From Eledone cirrhosa (taxonomy: Eukaryota): DNA of 64,000 nt. The notes under the pieces are model-generated. The model was not told the DNA's origin, ran no database searches, and was given only the letters and a program-made list of their open reading frames with translations. The stretch is from positions 36,704,001 to 36,768,000 of the forward strand of contig OZ024750.1 of the NCBI GenBank assembly GCA_964016885.1. Reading direction: 5' to 3'. Below, one piece after another: positions 50,740 through 63,711 of the stretch. How positions within the stretch are numbered: position 1 is the stretch's first letter; each line of letters starts with the position of its first letter. A program made the translations under genes and the position numbers.

Positions 50740-53519
50740 TATATTATACTTTAGATAAAGATGAGATGATACTTGTGAAAGATAAACAGAGGATAAAGAT
50801 TAAGTGGCAGTACAAACTCAGCATTACTACTCCAGTGATACAGGCCTGAGCAGAGTGTGTGTGGGGGGGGGGGGGGCATTCACTCTTGTGTATATGAACC
50901 CAGCCCGGTCTCAGTAAACAGCAGAATAGAGAAGACATTACCCTGGAGGATGGTGAGAGAGACATGTTGGAATAGTCATTCCAACTCACAGGGCTTGCTT
51001 CAGCATATAGCAAACTCCATTCTGATAGTTGTGAGTAGAGATGTGGCTATAATATGTGCAAAGTGCCAGAAGTCTCCACTGCTACAGGTTATACCCCAAA
51101 CTTATTGGAGAGTAACCAATATTTGGGAATGTGATGATCATACTTTGAACACTATTGATTATCAATCTGCTCCATTGATATGACTTGCTGCTAAATCGCC
51201 TCTTCCTCTTTCTTCTTCTCCCCCTCCTCTTCCTACTTCCATATGAATTAGTCTCAGGCAGCCTGTTGTTGTTCTTCTGACTGAGATCAAAGATCTGCGA
51301 TCAGTTTCAAGGAACCACTGAGAGGAGGACAACAAGCTTGTGGAGCCCTGCTGCTAAATAACAACCAGTTATCTATGATGAATACAGAAATAGGAAAATA
51401 TTTTAATATTTTTATAAATTTGAAATTTTTACTTGACATCAAACATTCAAATTATTCTTCATTTTCTCCGATATCTATTCATTGAAATCTGCCTCTCACA
51501 TCAATATCAAGTACGGTAGTTAATTTAAATGATAATAATCTCACACAAATTTTAAGCTATCATGAAAGCAAAGTAGAAAATTAACTCAAGTTTTTGAAAA
51601 GTCATATTTCCTCATGCTTAAATAAGTAACAAGGTTTTGCTAATCAAATTGTAATGAATGAATAACAAATATCATGCTTAAATATGATACTGAAATAGCA
51701 TGTCTGTATTGTTCAATTTATGAAAGGGTAACCAATGTGTGATTTGATAAATAAAATGATAGAATGCATAATTCACACATTAAACAAAACCAAAATTCAA
51801 TATATATGAGCTTTTATTGAGTTAAAGCTACATTACAAACATTTGTCATGAAATTATTTATATATATATATATATGTGTGTGTGTATACATATCATATAT
51901 ATATATATATATGTGTGTGTAGCAAAGAATCAGGGTGCAACAGCTGAGCTCTTGCAGTTTCAACAGACAATTCCAGTAGATACTAGATAAAATACAGGTA
52001 TCCGCTTTTTGTAGGCAACCTTACTCTTTTGTATTGTAAGGTGGATGGATGCATTTAAATATATGTGTATACACACACACATACACACACATATATATGT
52101 GTGTGTGTGTGTAAAATGACAAAAACTTATTACAATCCAGTAGTTTTCTTTTCTTATTTATAGAAACCTTTTATTCATTATACCTTCTTAACATGGCATG
52201 ATTAAAATGAAATGAGAAGATCATTTCTAAATTATTATCATATTAAAGTTCTGAGCTTCTAATGTTACAGTGTGATTCTGAAAGGATAAAATTCAACTAT
52301 TTAATTTTGTATGAGCAATCACTGAATGATAATGAGCTTTCAAATAGACATTAAGCTATTCACTAATAACTGCATTCACCTGAGACTGGAATTCATGTGA
52401 CTATCTTGTTAATTTAATGGTTTTCAAACAAAAATATAATTTAAAGTTATCTTGTACAAATGGCTGGTTGTAATTATAAAAAACAAACACACATACTTAT
52501 GTATATGTGTATTTATTAAATGCAAATAATAAAAATGAAATATTTGTTTAAATTATCTTTAGAGACTCATTACAATACATTTGTATAATAATATTTTCTC
52601 TAAAATTGGTTTGAATCACAATTTCTCTTCTATAGCTCCATATTGTATTCATTTTAAAATTAAATTTCATGCTTTGTCTCCCAAATGAATATATGAGGTT
52701 CAAATTTAAAATATTGTCAAAAACTTATCCTTTTATAGAAGAATATTCACGTAGCCTTTTATAGAAGAATATTCACAATATTTAATCCTATCATCAGCCA
52801 ATCAGAACTTACAAACATGAACACTAATGTAGAGATACCCACTGAATACATAACCAAATTAGTGTCATTGCTTTCAGAAAACTTTGAATCTAAAAAATGT
52901 ATGAAACAGGTAAAAAAATGCAAAAAAAAATTAGATATGAAATTCATTAAATTTAGCAACCTGAGACAGTAGAATATCTTCAGAGTTGACACATCATCTA
53001 ACCCTGTTAGTAAACTCTGTGACTATAATAATGGCTTATACATATCTCCAATACAGTCTACCTAGCTTATAAAAGAGTCTCTTTATCGTCAGTTACACTA
53101 CGTGTAAGGATAAAGGATAAAGATCCCGTAACTCCTTGTGGAGTTGTAGAGCCACCGTCAAATGACGTGTCTAGGGCACTATTTAAGCTGGCGGAGCCCT
53201 ACCCTCTCTAGGTCTGAACACAGTCGATTTGTTTCTATATAGGAAGAATTGACCCCAGTACTGGACTGGTACTTTTTATATTGACCTCAAAAGGATGAAA
53301 GACAAAGTTGACCCCAACGGGATTTGAACTCAGAGATTGCAATGAGGTAGGATGAATACCATAAAGCATTCTATCTGATGTCTTAATGGCTCTGCCAATT
53401 TGCTGCTAACAGACAAATCTCCCTAAAATTAGCCCTGTTCTTTGCTGTCGTAAAACAAAAATGAGATGCCATGGACAATATAATCTTAGATATATGGAAT
53501 GACAGAACAGTCACAAAGA

Positions 53520-53745
53520 AAACATTGATCATAGGTCAACACAATCAAATCTTCAGCTATAACCTCTTGTTTAAGCATCATTGATCATAGATCTATGCAA
53601 TCAGGTTTTCATCTATGACCTCTTGGTTAAATACCATTGATCATAGGTCTATCCAATCAAGTCCTTCGCTATAACCTTTTGGTTAAACACCATTGATGAT
53701 AGGTCTACACAATCAGGTTTTCATCCATAACCTCTTGATTAATAA
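53520..53745. repeat. Degenerate ~55-60-bp tandem repeat (cattgatcataggtcta..caatca)
   Basis: Four imperfect copies. Confidence 0.7.
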
Positions 53746-53919
53746 TAGCTCTTAAAACCATATCACTCTCTATCAAGTTTTATATTGTGATCCACAAGGT
53801 ATTAATGAAATATTAAAGCCATACACTTTATACCATATAGAGGCAATGGAAGGTGCAATATTGTGCCTTTCTTAAAGGTGTTAACAACTTTAACTGAACA
53901 GAAAGGGTTTCAATCATTG

Positions 53920-54390
53920 ATACTGTGACACTGACTGTAGATTAGTTGAGTGACTGACTGCGTTCATTGGTAGTTTAGCTGTTATACTACAGTGTGACAT
54001 ACACTGCATTTATTGGCAGTTTAGCTGTTATACTACAGTGTGACACAGCCTGCATTTGTCAGTAGATTAGTTGCTGTAATATAGTGTATCACAGACTGCA
54101 ATTGTTTACAGCTTATTTGTTGTAATACAGTGTGACACAGACTGCATTCATTGGCAGATTAGTTGTTACACTACAGTGTGACACAGATTGCAATTGTTTG
54201 CAGCTTAGCTGTTGAAATACAATTTATCACCGACTGCATTTTTTTTTGCAGTGTGACACAAGCTGTATCTCTCAGTAGATTAACTGTTAGAATATAGTGT
54301 ATCAAAGACTGCAATTATTTGCAGCTAAGCTGCTGCAATTCAGTATTTCATAGGCTGTATTCATTGGCAGATTAACTGTTGTAATACAAT
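53920..54390. repeat. Degenerate ~40-45-bp tandem repeat (cagtgtgacacagactgcatt..gcagattag.tgtt)
   Basis: About 10 imperfect copies. Confidence 0.75.
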
Positions 54391-54904
54391 GCTTTAGTGA
54401 ATCCTGCAAAATATTTTGAATATAAAAACCATTCAGAATAATTTCCATGTCCAAATCTACCATATGCTGCTGACAGTGATCATCTTAATCTTGATAAATC
54501 AAAATACTTGGCTGAATCCATATTATTGTAATGTTCTTATTTAGGCACTCATATTTTACTTTGCAATCTATCATGAATCTAAGAAGTGTGTTTATCTTCA
54601 ATATTGTCAAATGCTGTGAATGTTAACATATATGAAAAGATAGTATCACAGCTATCTACTGTAGTTGACAAGAGTGTATTATTGCAATATATGATATCAA
54701 AACATATTATATTTTTACCATTATGTCACTGGTTTTACAATGTAATATTAGAGACGTAACATCATGTAAGTAGATTGTACTTTTATGGAGACAGATTTCA
54801 TATGTTACAAAAATACACTCTCTATAAACACTTTTATGATTATTTCTTTCCATAATCATTATATCACAATAAAATCATCCCAGAGTTAGTATGTATGTGT
54901 ATGT

Positions 54905-56020
54905 GTAGTAGACAACTGACGAAGGGGAACTGACCATCTCTTGTTTGTGTTGCCTTACTTTCTAACACTCGTTATCAGTAACCACACAGCCTCATCTCCC
55001 TCAATCCATATTTTTGTGTGTATATATATATATATATATCATACATGCACACAGCCAGACACACAAGGCGGTGGATTGGCAGTATCGGTAGAGGGTCAGA
55101 CACCATGCTTTGGTGCATAGAGTTATGGCACTTGCCATTCTGAGTTCAAATCCCGTCGAGGTTAACTTTGCCTTTCATCCTTACGGGGTCGATAAAATAA
55201 AGTACCAGTAATACACTGGGTAATTGCTGGCCTTGTGCCATAAGTAGAAACAGTAACCACACAGCCTCATCTCCCTCAATCCATATTTTTGTATTTACTA
55301 CTGTGACCTTCGCTACATCCGCTCTACCTATCTCGCTTGATTTGTTTTTCCTGGTCCGACTTATATCTTGCCACTCTTTTGGATCAATTCCTTCCCTTTC
55401 TCTCATCTCCATTTCTCTCTATCGATCTCCGCTCATTTGTTGATCTTGGTTGCACCTGCGTCGTGCCACCCTTTTGGATTAACTCCCTTTCCCTCCTCCT
55501 CCCTCCCTCTCTCTATCCCGCTTACTCACCTCCTCTGCCTTCTACCCTCCTCTCGCATCCTGTTCCTCCGTCTTTCTCTCTGCGCTCACTTTCACTGAGA
55601 ATAGACGTGTTTACTTAGCTCTGCTGTTATTATGGCCCCTGGGCTTAAACCCAATGGCTTTTTTTAACTTGGTCTTATTTCTTCTCATTTGCTTACTTAC
55701 ATGTGCCATTGTCCTGTATTACCCCCTTCTATCGGTATGCTTTCTTCTTTTTTTTTTCACTTTTTTTCTTCCTTTTTTCCATCTCTCTTTTTTTCTTTCT
55801 TTCTCTCTCTTCGTTATCGCTTCTTTCCCTCATAGCTTTTTGATAGATAAAAGGCTAAGGGAGCACTACGGATTGATGTATTGTCTATAATGCGCTGAAA
55901 CATCTGTGACCCGTAGTAGACAACTGACGAAGGGGAACTGACCATCTCTTGTTGTGTCGCCTTACTTTCTAACACTCGTTATCAGTAACCACACAGCCTC
56001 GTCTCCCTCAATCCATATTT
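54905..56020 (+). mobile_element. Non-coding Penelope/retrozyme-like element with ~108-bp terminal direct repeats; SINE B inserted at 55067-55252
   Basis: gtagtagacaactgacgaagggg...caatccatattt at 54905 and 55913; pyrimidine-rich body; TG/TA microsatellite flanks. Confidence 0.65.
55866..55933 (+). ncRNA. Candidate permuted (pseudoknotted) hammerhead ribozyme, GUA triplet
   Basis: ctacgg-att-GATGT-A-TTGTCTA-taatgcgct-GAA-ACATC-tgtgac-ccgtag-TAGACAA-CTGACGA-agg. Confidence 0.7.
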
Positions 56021-56042
56021 GTGTGTGTGTGTGTATATATAT

Positions 56043-56374
56043 GGAGGCACATGGCTTAGTGGTTAGAGCATTGGCCTTGCAATCGAAAGGTTGTGAGTTC
56101 AATTCTCAGACCGGGTGATGTGTTGTTTCCTTGAGCAAGACACTTTATTTCACATTGCTCCAGTTTACTCAGCTGTAGAAATGAGATGATAGGGACTGGG
56201 GTCCATATCATTCCACTGCAAAGTGGTCGTAGAGGTGCCACGGAAAAAAAGCACCCAGCACTCACTGTAAATGAGGTTGGTGTTAGGAAGGGCATCCAGC
56301 TGTAGAAATCAAGCCAGAATCAGTTCCCGTCCCACCCTTGCAAGCAGGGAAAAAGCAGACGTAAAATGAAATGA

Positions 56375-56378
<4 letters not shown>
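56043..56378 (+). mobile_element. SINE family A, full length
   Basis: Consensus match. Confidence 0.9.
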
Positions 56379-56412
<34 letters not shown>

Positions 56413-56504
56413 TACATGCACACAGCCAGACACTCTCACACACACATGTGTGTGTGTACACATATATATATATATATATGTACACACACACACACATATA
56501 TATA

Positions 56505-57029
56505 TGTGCAGGGCGATCAAAATTGATGGAAGTTGCAAAGTAGGTAGACCTAGAAAAACCTGGGACGACATGATAAAGTCCGACCTTGCACACTTGCACC
56601 TCTCTAAGACAATGTCAATGGATCGAGATCTTTGGCGCCATGCAGTAATACAGAAGACCAGCCTTCCCTACGTGCAAAGTTAACCTACAGTCAGTAGGCC
56701 CCTCCAAATCAAAAATACACCCCAATCCCCTACCCCATCCTCCCACTCCTGCCAACAACACCCTTTATCTATAAAGTTATGTTGGTACTACATCATCCAG
56801 TCCAAACTAATGAGATTGTGTAGGTGACACGACAAAAAAACACGCAGTCCACACTGTAATGTTGCCGTGTAGGTAACACGGTAAAAAGTTCCCAGCACTC
56901 ACTGTAAATGAGGTTGGTGTTAGGAAGGGCATCCAGCTGTAGAAAGCAAGCCAGAATCAGTTCCCGTCCCACCCTTGCAAGCAGGGAAAAGCGGACGTAA
57001 AATGAAATGATGATGATGATGATGATGAT
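56505..57029 (+). mobile_element. RTE LINE 3' end with long 3' UTR ending in the SINE A 3' half
   Basis: GRPRKTWDDMIKSDL...DRDLWR, stop, family C UTR, then cagcactcactgtaaatgaggttgg...cgtaaaatg. Confidence 0.8.
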
Positions 57030-57369
57030 TGCCCCCCCCCCCCCCCCCCCCCCCCCCAATTACACCAGGATATACACATATGCCCATGCACACAAAAAAA
57101 TAGGGTCAATGCCTATATATGTACATTCTCGATCCACATAACACAACAAAAATATAACTTTTGTCGCATCACCAGTCTGAGGAGCAGGTCCATAACTCCT
57201 ATGTGTCATTTTGACCCAATCATCTGTGAAACGCGTGTAACAGCTTGATACGCAATAAACATTTTTCATATGTAATCGAAAGTTCCTCGTTCTTTTTCTA
57301 TTATATACACTCTGCCTGTGCATAGAGTGCTTGATTGATACCATCACTAGTATTTCACCTTACTACCTA

Positions 57370-57430
<61 letters not shown>

Positions 57431-57475
57431 GAGAGTAAAACAAAGAATCCTTTAATACATCAAAAGTTTTTATTA

Positions 57476-57513
57476 GCCGACAATGTTTCGTCCTATTAAG
57501 GACTCATCAGGGC
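57476..57513 (-). ncRNA. Canonical minimal type I hammerhead ribozyme with GUC triplet
   Basis: gcc CTGATGA gtcct-taat-aggac GAAAC att GTC ggc, then t-AATAAA; at the 3' end of an AT-rich segment (~57430-59065) bounded by TA tracts. Confidence 0.85.
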
Positions 57514-57842
57514 AATCAAAACAACAAGAGGTAATTTCGGCAGATACAAGCCAGAAACTCTGAAGAATATGGAGTTTACATACACTAATGTCTTACAAGG
57601 ATATACGATAATAAAAATGAAGATAAAACTAATAAAATTATAATAACTAAGGATGTAGATAACATTAAGAACCATATTACAAATATGGTCCAAAGTCACC
57701 AACTTAAATCTAAACAAATTTGGTTATATAGAACAGGAATTATATATAACACAGTATAATACATTATAATAATAATATATCTATACCAACACTGAAATTC
57801 CAAATCAAAAATCAAAAGGTACAATATATACATGTATATATG

Positions 57843-57874
<32 letters not shown>

Positions 57875-59098
57875 TATTACAATACACATATCTATTTTCT
57901 ATTACACAGAAATTAAGCCCTATTGGAAGTTTAAACATCAAAAATATTAAAAATAAGCATGGTAATAGTGAAAATAATGCTAATACATCTACCCAATATA
58001 CATGGGGCAATAATTACAAGAAACACTTATAATAAATAATAAACAACAAAATTATATAATATAATACAATATAATAAAGTAGAATATATATAAAATAAGA
58101 ATATATATAATCTCCGGTTAATTTACAGAAACAATATAGATGTCACAGTGAAATACAATGATAAGTTGTTAACATTATATTAACAATTACCATAATCAAT
58201 ATGTACAACATGGTTCATATTGGGTTACATAATAAATGGGGAAATATCAATCATATAATATAATACAATAATACAATAATACTCAAAAAAACTATATTGG
58301 TACAGGGAACAATTATGATGTTACAGAAGAAATATGTTGTTACAGAAAAAATATATAGACATCTAACATGATATGTAAAGTTTAAATACCATAATGTTAC
58401 ATACTACAATATTAAAATATTAAAATATTAAAAAATATAAAGTTTAAGTATCTTAATGTTATATATAATAAACGGTAAGTAATAAGGATCTATATCATAA
58501 TGTAATATATTTTTAAAATAGGCATATAATATATAAATAAATACTTATAATTTCAAGGTTAGTAGACAGACATATGTGGATGAGCAAAGCCAGACAGTGA
58601 GTGGTAAATAAAAACAATCAACCGGAAATTACAAAACGAAGCAAATGTATACACACTTAAGTCCCGCGTGCATTAAGAAATTTGGTAAGCACCCAGGAAA
58701 ACGATCATTTTAAATGACTCCCAACCCTATTTGATAAATTAATATAAAAAATATCAAACCCGTCCGATAAGGTAGTATAAAATTAGCTATAGTCTCAGTC
58801 ATTAAAGTATATAAACTTTAATATATCGTTACAAATGTTTACAAAAAGGAATAAAATTACACTATCATACACGCAACGATATCTAAAAAACTGACTTAAG
58901 TAAAGTTAAGGTAAGCTAATGGGGACAGAATTGACGAAATATATGGAGGGTGCGAAGTAGCATAAAATATATTCGATATACTATAATAAATAATAGAACG
59001 GAGCATAAAAGAGTGGGGGGGGGGTTAATATAATCATATTTAATCTAGAGGGGTTGACAATAAGTTTATATATATATAAGGTCGCCAAAGCGATGAGG

Positions 59099-59141
<43 letters not shown>

Positions 59142-59234
59142 ATATATGTAAAGTTATATTTAAAATTGTTGGGTTACAACTAGTAAATATTTATAACTGA
59201 TATAAAAGCACTCGACAAATACTTGGAGTATATT

Positions 59235-59630
59235 TACAATATTAAATAAATGGAAAACTATATTTATAAAACCATATTTATTTCATTATATATATTTCGG
59301 GGATATCATATTAACAATATGCTATGCCTTCATCAGACAAAATACAATATAAACAGTTTTATAGATAAATATATTCGACATACCGTAATAAACATCAACT
59401 TCATTTGAAGAGGTTTACTCTAGCAGTAAAGAGGTTTACTGCTAGAGTAAACCTCTTCAAATGAAGTTGATGTTTATTACGGTATGTCGAATATATTTAT
59501 CTATAAAACTGTTTATATTGTATTTTGTCTGATGAAGGCATAGCATATTGTTAATATGATATCCCCGAAATATATATAATGAAATAAATATGGTTTTATA
59601 AATATAGTTTTCCATTTATTTAATATTGTA
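59235..59630. repeat. Fold-back with 196-bp arms and 4-nt loop; each arm carries an H1 hammerhead (59279-59344 minus, 59521-59586 plus)
   Basis: 59235-59430 is the reverse complement of 59435-59630; tattttgt CTGATGA...GAA ATATATAT A atgaaata. Confidence 0.9.
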
Positions 59631-59648
59631 TATATATAATATATATAT

Positions 59649-59975
59649 TGGCTTAGTCGTTAGAGCATTGGCCTTGCAATCGAAAGGTTGTGAGTTCAAT
59701 TCTCACACCAGGTGATGTGTTGTTTCCTTGAGCAAAACACTTTATTTTACATTGCTCCAGTTTACTCAGCTGTAGAAATGAGATGATAGGGACCCCCGTC
59801 CCTATCATTCCACTGCAAAGTGGTCGTGGGGGTGCCACGGAAAAAAAGCACCCAGCACTCACTGTAAATGAGGTTGGTGTTAGGAAGGGCAGCCAGCTGT
59901 AGAAATCAAGCCAGAATCAGTTCCCGTCCCACCCTTGCAAGCAGGGAAAAGTGGACGTAAAATGAAATAATGATA
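59649..59975 (+). mobile_element. SINE family A
   Basis: Consensus match. Confidence 0.9.
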
Positions 59976-60215
59976 TATATTTATAGGAAAATGTTTAACC
60001 CAAATGGCAGAGCTCAAGCCATTTCGATGGTTATTTCTGGACTCCATTTATGAGGTTAAAAAGTGGCAAAGTAACAAAAAAAAAAAAAAAATCTAAAGAC
60101 TGTTATTTGATACAAAGATTTTTCAGAAAATATTGCTTTATCTTCTTGTTGCCTATTTTTTTTATCTAATTATACTACAGTAAACATAATTTACCAGATA
60201 AAGTCTAGGAATAAA

Positions 60216-60399
60216 TAATTGTTTCTACTTTTGGCACAAGGCCAGCAATTATCCAATACATTACTGGTACTTTATTTTATTGACCCCTTAAGGATGAAAG
60301 GCAAAGTTAACCTCGGCGGGATTTGAACTCAGACCGTAAAGGGACGTAACTATGCTAGAAAGCATGGCATCTGACTCTCTACCGATACTGCCAATTCCC
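60216..60399 (-). mobile_element. SINE B
   Basis: TSD ggaataaataat; the uninterrupted site is visible in the related sequence at 62640-62840. Confidence 0.9.
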
Positions 60400-60584
60400 C
60401 GGAATAAATAATGTTACTCAGAAGCATCATGGAGTCCAGAAATAGCCGTCGAAACAGCTTGAGCTCTTCCGTCGGAGTTAAACATTTTCCTATTACCCAC
60501 TCTACTATCCTAAGTTTTGAGTACTCTGGTGAATTATGGTCCATCTGGTTCCTTACCACACCTCCTTCGTTATAAATATATATA

Positions 60585-60980
60585 CGAGGGCAATCCCAAA
60601 AGTAAGGTCTCCTTCCGATATTGCAACTTTTCCGTCAAAATCCTGTGGATGGTGCTTCGGGAAACCTCAGGAACCAAAATGCAGAGAGCATCCAGAGTGA
60701 TCCGCTGATCTTTACGCATGTTTTCCTTGGAAGGAGACCTTACTTTTGGGATTTCCCTCGTATATAATAACTGCGCGAAATTCACACTTGGCAGTAGCGT
60801 TCAACGGGAGCTTTATTCTCAATGGCTGCCAAGCCAAGATTGAACATCCCAGCGAAGCGCGCACATGCTTGTTTGGGAGTGAAGGAAGCACCAATCACAA
60901 CAGTGTTGCCAACAGTCGTACTATCAGTTTCTCTGCATCCCCATCGCTTTGGCGACCTTACTTTTGGGATTATCCTGGTG
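60585..60980 (-). mobile_element. Three-TIR mariner-derived mini element
   Basis: TIRs at 60585-60616, 60729-60760 and ~60953-60980; transposase fragments AKCEFRAVI and RITLDAL..STIHRIL. Confidence 0.75.
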
Positions 60981-61485
60981 TATATATATATATATATATA
61001 TTAATTCAAAATATTAACAAAAATAGACATTCGTGTGATCAAGTATATTTTATTATACATATTTCAAGTATATTTTATTTTTACATATTAATAACTCCGG
61101 AAAACCATTTGTTGAGTGCTTCCAATCTATTGTAAAACTCATTCTTTGATTTATTCATTGAACCTTGTTTAACCTTTAAATATATATATATAAAAACAAA
61201 TAACGAAACGAAATTAAATTTCGTTTCGTTTGTAACTCACTTTTGTATGACTGACGCTTAAACAATTAAGTTAAAGATGTACATCCATATATGTATACTG
61301 AAATACTAGTATGTATATGAATACACACACGTATGCATATGTAGATGTACCAAGTTTTTTCCCTGGTCACTTTACTGTGAGTGGCCAGCTATTCTGTATG
61401 TAAACACACAGACAAACCGGTTTTTAGAGTCATACTGGTTTTTGAGGAAACACCTTTCCTCTATTCCCCACAAAGCCAGACAAGG

Positions 61486-61530
61486 AATATTGAACTAGTT
61501 TCGTTGTTGTTACAACTCATCAGCAATATT
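61486..61530 (-). ncRNA. Type I hammerhead ribozyme
   Basis: Reverse complement of 61965-62009. Confidence 0.8.
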
Positions 61531-61964
61531 TACCTATCTTCCGGCCTCTCTAGAGAATCGTAAAAGCACATATCGTTATATGCTTTTTCTATGAAAATTA
61601 GTAGTGGGCAGACTAATTTGCATAGAGTGTGAGTAAGTACCGGTTCAACGGAGACGATAAAAACAAATAACGAAACGAAATTAAATTTCGTTTCGTTTGT
61701 AACTCACTTTTGTATGACTGACGCTTAAACAATTAAGTTAAAGATGTACATCCATATATGTATACTGAATTGTTTAAGCGTCAGTCATACAAAAGTGAGT
61801 TACAAACGAAACGAAATTTAATTTCTATTTGTTTTTATCGTCTCCGTTGAACCGGTACTTACTCACACTCTATGCAAATTAGTCTGCCCACTACTAATTT
61901 TCATAGAAAAAGCATATAACGATATGTGCTTTTACGATTCTCTAGAGAGGCCGGAAGATAGGTA

Positions 61965-62009
61965 AATATTGCTGATGAGTTGTAACAACAACGAAACTAG
62001 TTCAATATT
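61965..62009 (+). ncRNA. Type I hammerhead ribozyme
   Basis: aatattg CTGATGA gttgt-aaca-acaac GAA ACTAGT T caatatt: 7-bp stem I, palindromic stem III, GUU triplet. Confidence 0.8.
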
Positions 62010-62228
62010 CCTTGTCTGGCTTTGTGGGGAATAGAGGAAAGGTGTTTCCTCAAAAACCAGTATGACTCTAAAAACCGGTTTGTCTGTGTGTTTACATACA
62101 GAATAGCTGGCCACTCACAGTAAAGTGACCAGGGAAAAAACTTGGTACATCTACATATGTATACGTGTGTGTATTCATATACATACTAGTATTTCAGTAT
62201 ACATATATGGATGTACATCTTTAACTTA

Positions 62229-62482
<254 letters not shown>

Positions 62483-63711
62483 CGCACACATTCCAATTAG
62501 TTTTAAACACTGTGGGCAATATAATACAGAAATAGCTATAGTTTATCATGATAATTATCAAGCTAATAACCAGTTATACTAATGATATCACAACCAATCA
62601 TTGTTTATTTGATGATATACAATTATTTTATATATCTGCCATGATGCTTCTGAGTAACATTATTTATTCCTAGACTTTATATGGTAAATTGTTTACTGTA
62701 GTATAGTTAGATAAAAAAAAAAATAGGCAACAAGAAGATACAGCAATATTTTCTGAAAAATCTTTGTATCAAATAACAGTAGTCGTTTGATTTCTTTTAT
62801 TTTATTTTTTTTTTTGGTTTGCCAGTAAACCTCATAAATAGAAGGCATTGGTTTTCTAAACTAAAGCTAAGTTAAAACATATTTATGCCTCTAGAAATTA
62901 CAAATCTAGAAAAAAATAATATAAGCTTCTGACATAACTTTAATAATATAAACTTCAGACTTCATTTCATGGTTGTTAATGATGGTTATTGCAATATAGA
63001 AAAGTAAAACTTCTTTCCTATAGCAAACAAACAACCAAGCAACTACAAAACAAGCTATCAATACCACAAACAGTCTTGGACAGATTGTGTCCATCATTCT
63101 ACCATAATTATTCTAATAATCAGTGTTAATGTATCAGCTTGGAATCATCATCATCATCTTCATTTAACGTCCATCTTCCACGCTAGCAAGGGTTAGACGG
63201 GAGTTGTCCCACTTGCGGCAAGGTTGGTCGGGTGACCATGTCTCATTCATATAGGACTGTCTGGCAGGTTTTCTACAGCTGGATGCCCTTCCTAACACCA
63301 ACCATATTTACAGTGTGGAACTGGGAACTTCTTACCGTGTTACCTACACGGCAACATTACAGCGTGGACTGTGGGTTTTTTTTTTTTTTGTGACACCTAC
63401 ACGATCTCGATCTCATTATATTTTTATTAATTATATTTTCATGTTAAAAAAGTAATCGTTTTGCAAGATCTTTCACATAAACATTGAAAATACATAAGAT
63501 TAAATCTATATCAGATGAAATGCTGACTATGGGAAAAAAAAATTTATTCTAAGATATATATATCTACAGTAAAGCAAGAAAATGCTTCTAAAAGAGATTT
63601 TTCAACAGATAACCTTATATATATTTTATTTTAATGCATACCAATACAAGCCTAAGCTTGTAAAAATGGACAATATATATATATATATATATATATATGT
63701 ATAAAAAAGTG

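Noticed and set aside
57177-57240. CTGAGGA...GAAACGCGT hammerhead-like relic
   Set aside because: Stem I cannot be formed and position 17 would be G.
61381-62114. Identical 60-aa ORFs on opposite strands
   Set aside because: Consequence of the inverted duplication; overlaps a ribozyme; GTG start.
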